Below, in pieces: positions 51,680 to 55,156 of a stretch of 55,156 bases of DNA. How positions within the stretch are numbered: the stretch's first letter is position 1; the number at the start of each line of letters is the position of its first letter. Position numbers and translations under genes: made by a program. Origin of the DNA: Planctomycetota bacterium (GTDB lineage: Bacteria > Planctomycetota > Uabimicrobiia > Uabimicrobiales > JABWCH01); NCBI GenBank assembly GCA_020057085.1, contig JAGVGO010000204.1, forward strand, positions 1-55,156, in the 5' to 3' direction. The notes under the pieces are model-generated. The model saw nothing but the letters and a program-made list of their open reading frames with translations. It was not told where the DNA came from and ran no database searches.

Positions 51680-52348
51680 ATGAATGGCATTATCTTGTAT
51701 TTGATCCGGCACGGCGAATCGGCTTACAATTCGCAAGGGTTGATCCAGGGACAATGCGATGTCCTGTTGAGCGACAAAGGACGCCGTCAGGTGTGTACGC
51801 TCGGCGAGCGGATGAAAAAAACGACACCGGTAGATATGATCATCACGAGCGATCTCGTGCGCGCCCAGGAAACGGCCAAAATCCTGTCTGCCTATGTGCC
51901 GGTCAGCCCCATCGTAGACCGTCGCTGGCGCGAAATTTTCTGGGGTTCCTGGCAGGGGCGCACATGGCAGGAAATCGTCAAACTGCCCGAATTTGCCGTT
52001 TATCTCCAGGAGTGGTACACCTACCAGGGGCATGGCGGCGAATCATGGCAAGAGGTCGGCAGCCGCATCCGTGGTGCGCTCGATGACATCGAGAGACAAC
52101 ATTTCGGCAAACGCATCGCTATCGTGACGCACGGCGGCACCAGCCGCGTTACCCTGATCGAAGCGCTCCGTTTGCCACCGCGCTACTATCCATTCAATTC
52201 GGACAACGCCTCGATCACCGAGCTGGTGTTTGAAGAAAAACGCTGGCGCCTGCGGCGACTCAACGACGCTGCCCACCTCGAAGGAAGCACTCTCGAAGAC
52301 CACTGTTTCACCGGAGATGCGTATGCCAATAAAGCTAAACAGCAGTGA
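51680..52348 (+). CDS. Histidine phosphatase family protein (phosphoglycerate mutase-like)
   Basis: RHG motif LYLIRHGESAYN..G..QG..D..LS..G. A second catalytic His lies in IVTHGG. Confidence 0.8.
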   Translation: MNGIILYLIRHGESAYNSQGLIQGQCDVLLSDKGRRQVCTLGERMKKTTPVDMIITSDLVRAQETAKILSAYVPVSPIVDRRWREIFWGSWQGRTWQEIVKLPEFAVYLQEWYTYQGHGGESWQEVGSRIRGALDDIERQHFGKRIAIVTHGGTSRVTLIEALRLPPRYYPFNSDNASITELVFEEKRWRLRRLNDAAHLEGSTLEDHCFTGDAYANKAKQQ

Positions 52349-53738
52349 TTTGGTGGTGATTGTACTCTATCTCGTCAGCATCGCCGGCATCATCTGCTGG
52401 CACAGCAAACGCAACCAGCAGGTTGCCGATTTCTTGCTGGCCGGCCGCAAGCTCACCCTGCCGGTGTTTGTCGGCACCCTTGTCGCCACCTGGTATGGCG
52501 GCGTGCTTGGCATTGCCGAATTCACCGCCGGGGCAGGGCTCGCCGCCTGGTTTACCCAGGGCATCATGTGGTATGGTGTCTACTTACTGTTTGCCTTTTT
52601 CTTTGTCAGCAGGATCAGCAGCCTGCCGTTTTATACCGTGGTTGACGTGCTGGACGCCAGATTCGGACGTGCGCCGGCGTTGTTAGGCGGACTCTTTACT
52701 TATCTCATGGTCAACCCCGCTCCCTATCTCTTGTCTCTCGGGGTAGTGCTGCATCTCTTCGTCGCTCTCTCGTTACCTTATACCGTCTGCCTGGGAGCCG
52801 TCTGCCTGGCGATCTACACCATGCTCGGCGGCTTTCGCGGCGTGGCGTATAGCGACCTCTGGCAGTGTGTGTGGATGTACCTGGCTTTTGGCCTGTTATT
52901 TGTTTTTGCCTTGTATCAATGGGGTGGTGCGTCATTTTTACAGCAAAACCTCACCCGCGTGCCTGGCTACGAACACCATCTGGCTTTGCATGGCGGCCTC
53001 CCCTGGCCTTATTTGCTGGCATGGGGCGGCATGGCCTGTTGGGTGCTGGTGGATCCCAATTTTTATCAGCGATGCTACGCCGCTACTTCGCCCCAGGTGG
53101 CGCGGCGTGGAGTCATCATTGCCATCCTGTGCTGGGCGGTGTTCGATATCCTGTCGTGCGGGTCGGCGCTCTATGCCGTGGCCGCCCACAATGCCCACAT
53201 CTTGAGCATTGCCGATACCAAGATGGCGCATTTCGTCGCCGCCGACTATTTGTTGCCTTCGCCGCTCAAAGGGCTTTTTATCGCCGGCGTCGTGGCCAAT
53301 ATCGCCTCCACTGCCGACTCTTTTCTGCTGGCAGGCGCTTCCATCCTGGCGCGTGATTTTTATTGGCGGCTTTGCCGGGACAAGACGAGCACGGTCAAGG
53401 TGGTAACAGCGACCCGCTGGGGCATCGTTTTTACCGCGCTGTTCGCTGCGGCGCTTGCCGTATGGTGTCCGTCGGTAGTGCGCCTGTGGTATACCATCGG
53501 CACAATCGGGGTGTCGGCACTTCTGGTACCTATGCTGTGTGCCCTCTTTGTCCCCTGCTACTGCCGGAATAAGGCGGCTTTGGCCAGTCTCTTGAGCGGC
53601 GGTATGCTCTCGCTCTTGTGGTTGCTCCTGGGGCACACGGTAAACGGCAGCGTACTCTACCCGCTGGGGTTGGAACCGCTCTATCCGGGATTGTTGGCTT
53701 CGCTTGTGGCTTATCTTGTTGTGTTTTGGTTTCTATGA
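52323..53738 (+). CDS. Sodium:solute symporter (SSS) family transporter
   Basis: About 13 hydrophobic helices. N-terminus VVIVLYLVSIAGIICWHSKRNQQVADFLLAGRKL is typical of SSS proteins. ATG 52323 with GGAG upstream overlaps the upstream gene by 26 nt. Confidence 0.85.
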   Translation: MPIKLNSSDLVVIVLYLVSIAGIICWHSKRNQQVADFLLAGRKLTLPVFVGTLVATWYGGVLGIAEFTAGAGLAAWFTQGIMWYGVYLLFAFFFVSRISSLPFYTVVDVLDARFGRAPALLGGLFTYLMVNPAPYLLSLGVVLHLFVALSLPYTVCLGAVCLAIYTMLGGFRGVAYSDLWQCVWMYLAFGLLFVFALYQWGGASFLQQNLTRVPGYEHHLALHGGLPWPYLLAWGGMACWVLVDPNFYQRCYAATSPQVARRGVIIAILCWAVFDILSCGSALYAVAAHNAHILSIADTKMAHFVAADYLLPSPLKGLFIAGVVANIASTADSFLLAGASILARDFYWRLCRDKTSTVKVVTATRWGIVFTALFAAALAVWCPSVVRLWYTIGTIGVSALLVPMLCALFVPCYCRNKAALASLLSGGMLSLLWLLLGHTVNGSVLYPLGLEPLYPGLLASLVAYLVVFWFL

Positions 53739-54667
53739 ACACAGCCTTGCATCCCAAACGTTTTTATGATTACAATACTTTTCTGCATGAAAAATTCGGC
53801 GGGAAGGTTTATAAGATTTGCCTCGATGCCGGTTTTACCTGCCCGAACCGCGACGGCAAGAGAGGTGTGGGGGGCTGCATCTATTGCAACAACGCGAGCT
53901 TTAGCCCGGGTGCCAGGCTGGCTGACACGCCGATCCATGAGCAGATAGCAGCAGGCATGGCAGTCGGCCGCAACCGTTTCAAGGCAGAGAAGTTTATCGC
54001 CTATTTCCAGGCTTTCACCAATACCTATGCGCCTCTTGAGAGGCTGCGCGAGCTGTACAGCCAGGTGTTGGTTTACCCCGAGGTCGTAGGCCTTGCCATC
54101 GGCACCAGACCCGACGCCGTTGACACTGACAAGATTGCACTGCTGGCCGAGTTGGCACAGAACAAGTTCGTCTCGCTCGAATATGGCGTGCAGAGCATGC
54201 ACGACGCTACGCTGGCGTGGATCAGACGCGGCCACACCTATGGCGATTTTGTGGCGGCCATGGATTGGACGCGCGGGCGCGGCATCCATGTGTGCGCCCA
54301 TGTCATGCTCGGTTTCCCGTGCGAAACACGCGCCGGGATGGTATGCCTGGCCGACGAGATGACACGCGTAGGCATCGCCGCCATAAAAATCCACAACCTG
54401 ATCGTTACCCGCGACACACCGCTTGCGCAGATTTATGCGCAAGAACCGTTCCCGCTCTTTGCCTACGACGAATATGTGGAACTGGTGTGCGACTTTTTAG
54501 AACATTTATCGCCCGTCATCGTGGTCGAACGGCTGTGTGCCACGACACCCGACGAATATCTGATTGCGCCGCGCTGGCACAAGTCGCCTGGGCAGCTCAG
54601 TCAGGATGTCAGCAAATGTCTGCTGGCACGAAACAGTTACCAGGGACGGCTGGCCTATAGCCAATAA
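53735..54667 (+). CDS. yhcC: TIGR01212-family radical SAM protein (YhcC-like)
   Basis: It is collinear with E. coli YhcC as I recall it: GFTCPNRDGKRGVGGCIYCNN, YFQAFTNTY, GTRPD and EYGVQS. The ATG overlaps the upstream stop (ATGA). Confidence 0.85.
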   Translation: MNTALHPKRFYDYNTFLHEKFGGKVYKICLDAGFTCPNRDGKRGVGGCIYCNNASFSPGARLADTPIHEQIAAGMAVGRNRFKAEKFIAYFQAFTNTYAPLERLRELYSQVLVYPEVVGLAIGTRPDAVDTDKIALLAELAQNKFVSLEYGVQSMHDATLAWIRRGHTYGDFVAAMDWTRGRGIHVCAHVMLGFPCETRAGMVCLADEMTRVGIAAIKIHNLIVTRDTPLAQIYAQEPFPLFAYDEYVELVCDFLEHLSPVIVVERLCATTPDEYLIAPRWHKSPGQLSQDVSKCLLARNSYQGRLAYSQ

Positions 54668-54682
54668 TCGAAAAGGGAAATT

Positions 54683-55024
54683 ATGCCTACTTTGCTCATT
54701 GCCTACGACAACAACACCGTGGAGCAAAAGTTAGAAAAATATGCAGCGATTGGCAGATCCAAGCGATGCACGGTGTGCATCAAAGACATCAAGCTGTCGC
54801 GTGTGCAGTGTGAAATTATCCAGGACGACAGCGATTTCATTCTCGTAGACCTGCACAGCCAGAACGGTACGCGCCTGAACGGCAAACTCGTTACCGAAGC
54901 CATCCTAAAAAACGGCGATAAAATCACCATCGGCCGTGCCGAACTGACGTTTGTCAACAGCGGCCTGGCAGTTTCCGACAATCTGCCGCCGCTCACTATC
55001 CCGGTGAAAAAATATAGTCCATAA
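54683..55024 (+). CDS. Small FHA-domain protein
   Basis: IGRSKRCTVCIKDIKLSRVQCEI...LVDLHSQNGTRLNGKLV...NGDKITIGRAELTF. Confidence 0.75.
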   Translation: MPTLLIAYDNNTVEQKLEKYAAIGRSKRCTVCIKDIKLSRVQCEIIQDDSDFILVDLHSQNGTRLNGKLVTEAILKNGDKITIGRAELTFVNSGLAVSDNLPPLTIPVKKYSP

Positions 55025-55156
55025 AATCGTACTAAAATATATAAAATTATGAAAAATTTTGTAACTATTCAGCCGTAGAACACCGATCGGCTCGTCTTAG
55101 TTTGAGAAGATAGCAAATAGACATTATTGGAAATAAGGATATTATGGGAGGACAAG

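Noticed and set aside
53618-53734. N-terminal extensions in the ORF track: 53618, 52230, 51350, 51259, 43125, 38053, 36315, 30535, 30191, 20654, 8135 and 6713.
   Set aside because: The internal starts have Shine-Dalgarno-like sequences, begin with a signal peptide or a conserved N-terminus, match the paralog's start, or overlap the upstream stop codon. The extensions overlap upstream genes or intergenic hairpins.
55144-55156. A possible start of another gene at the right edge (AAGGA, 5 nt, then ATGGGAGGACAAG).
   Set aside because: Only 13 nt are visible, so it cannot be evaluated.

Overview
This is a gene-dense 55.2-kb chromosomal segment. I call about 41 protein-coding genes in six alternating strand blocks. 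I recognised no rRNA, tRNA, CRISPR array, transposase or integrase. The content suggests a PVC/Planctomycetota-like genome (inference only): many Hanks-type Ser/Thr kinases, FHA and PP2C modules, a DUF4388 domain, H-X9-DG/pseudopilin-like modules and large multiheme cytochromes.

Main blocks:
- **157-12290 (-):** a cytochrome-centred cluster. It holds an Ig/NHL/11-heme giant protein, a B12-radical SAM enzyme, two tandem Cys-less thioredoxin-fold/TPR paralogs, a 15-CXXCH cytochrome and a DUF4388/HEAT Ser/Thr kinase.
- **12.5-27.4 kb (+):** efp, several small envelope proteins, then a tightly packed run of ROK glucokinase, degenerate histidine kinase, NtrC-type regulator, Ser/Thr kinase, coiled-coil protein, phosphofructokinase, pseudokinase and transglutaminase-like protein.
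- **27.4-39.4 kb (-):** a fused LolC/E-LolD transporter, yidD, rnpA, a fused membrane/spermidine-synthase gene, a MazEF toxin-antitoxin pair, an M28-like protein, a DUF2891-like protein, an FHA-GAF-PP2C phosphatase and a lipase.
- **40.9-51.2 kb (-):** an envelope cluster with a degenerate 5'-nucleotidase-like lipoprotein, a 1193-aa protein of five ~150-aa Trp-anchored helical super-repeats plus a beta-propeller-like region, and two paralogs that carry pseudopilin-like modules at their C-termini instead of their N-termini.
- **51.4-55.0 kb (+):** a YHS lipoprotein, a histidine phosphatase, a sodium:solute symporter, a TIGR01212 radical SAM protein and an FHA protein.

The most promising candidates for undescribed biology are the internal-pseudopilin fusion cluster, the cytochrome/rSAM/Trx-TPR cluster, and a small membrane ORF with an in-frame TGA followed by a hairpin. 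All family calls come from motif recognition by eye, not from database searches.
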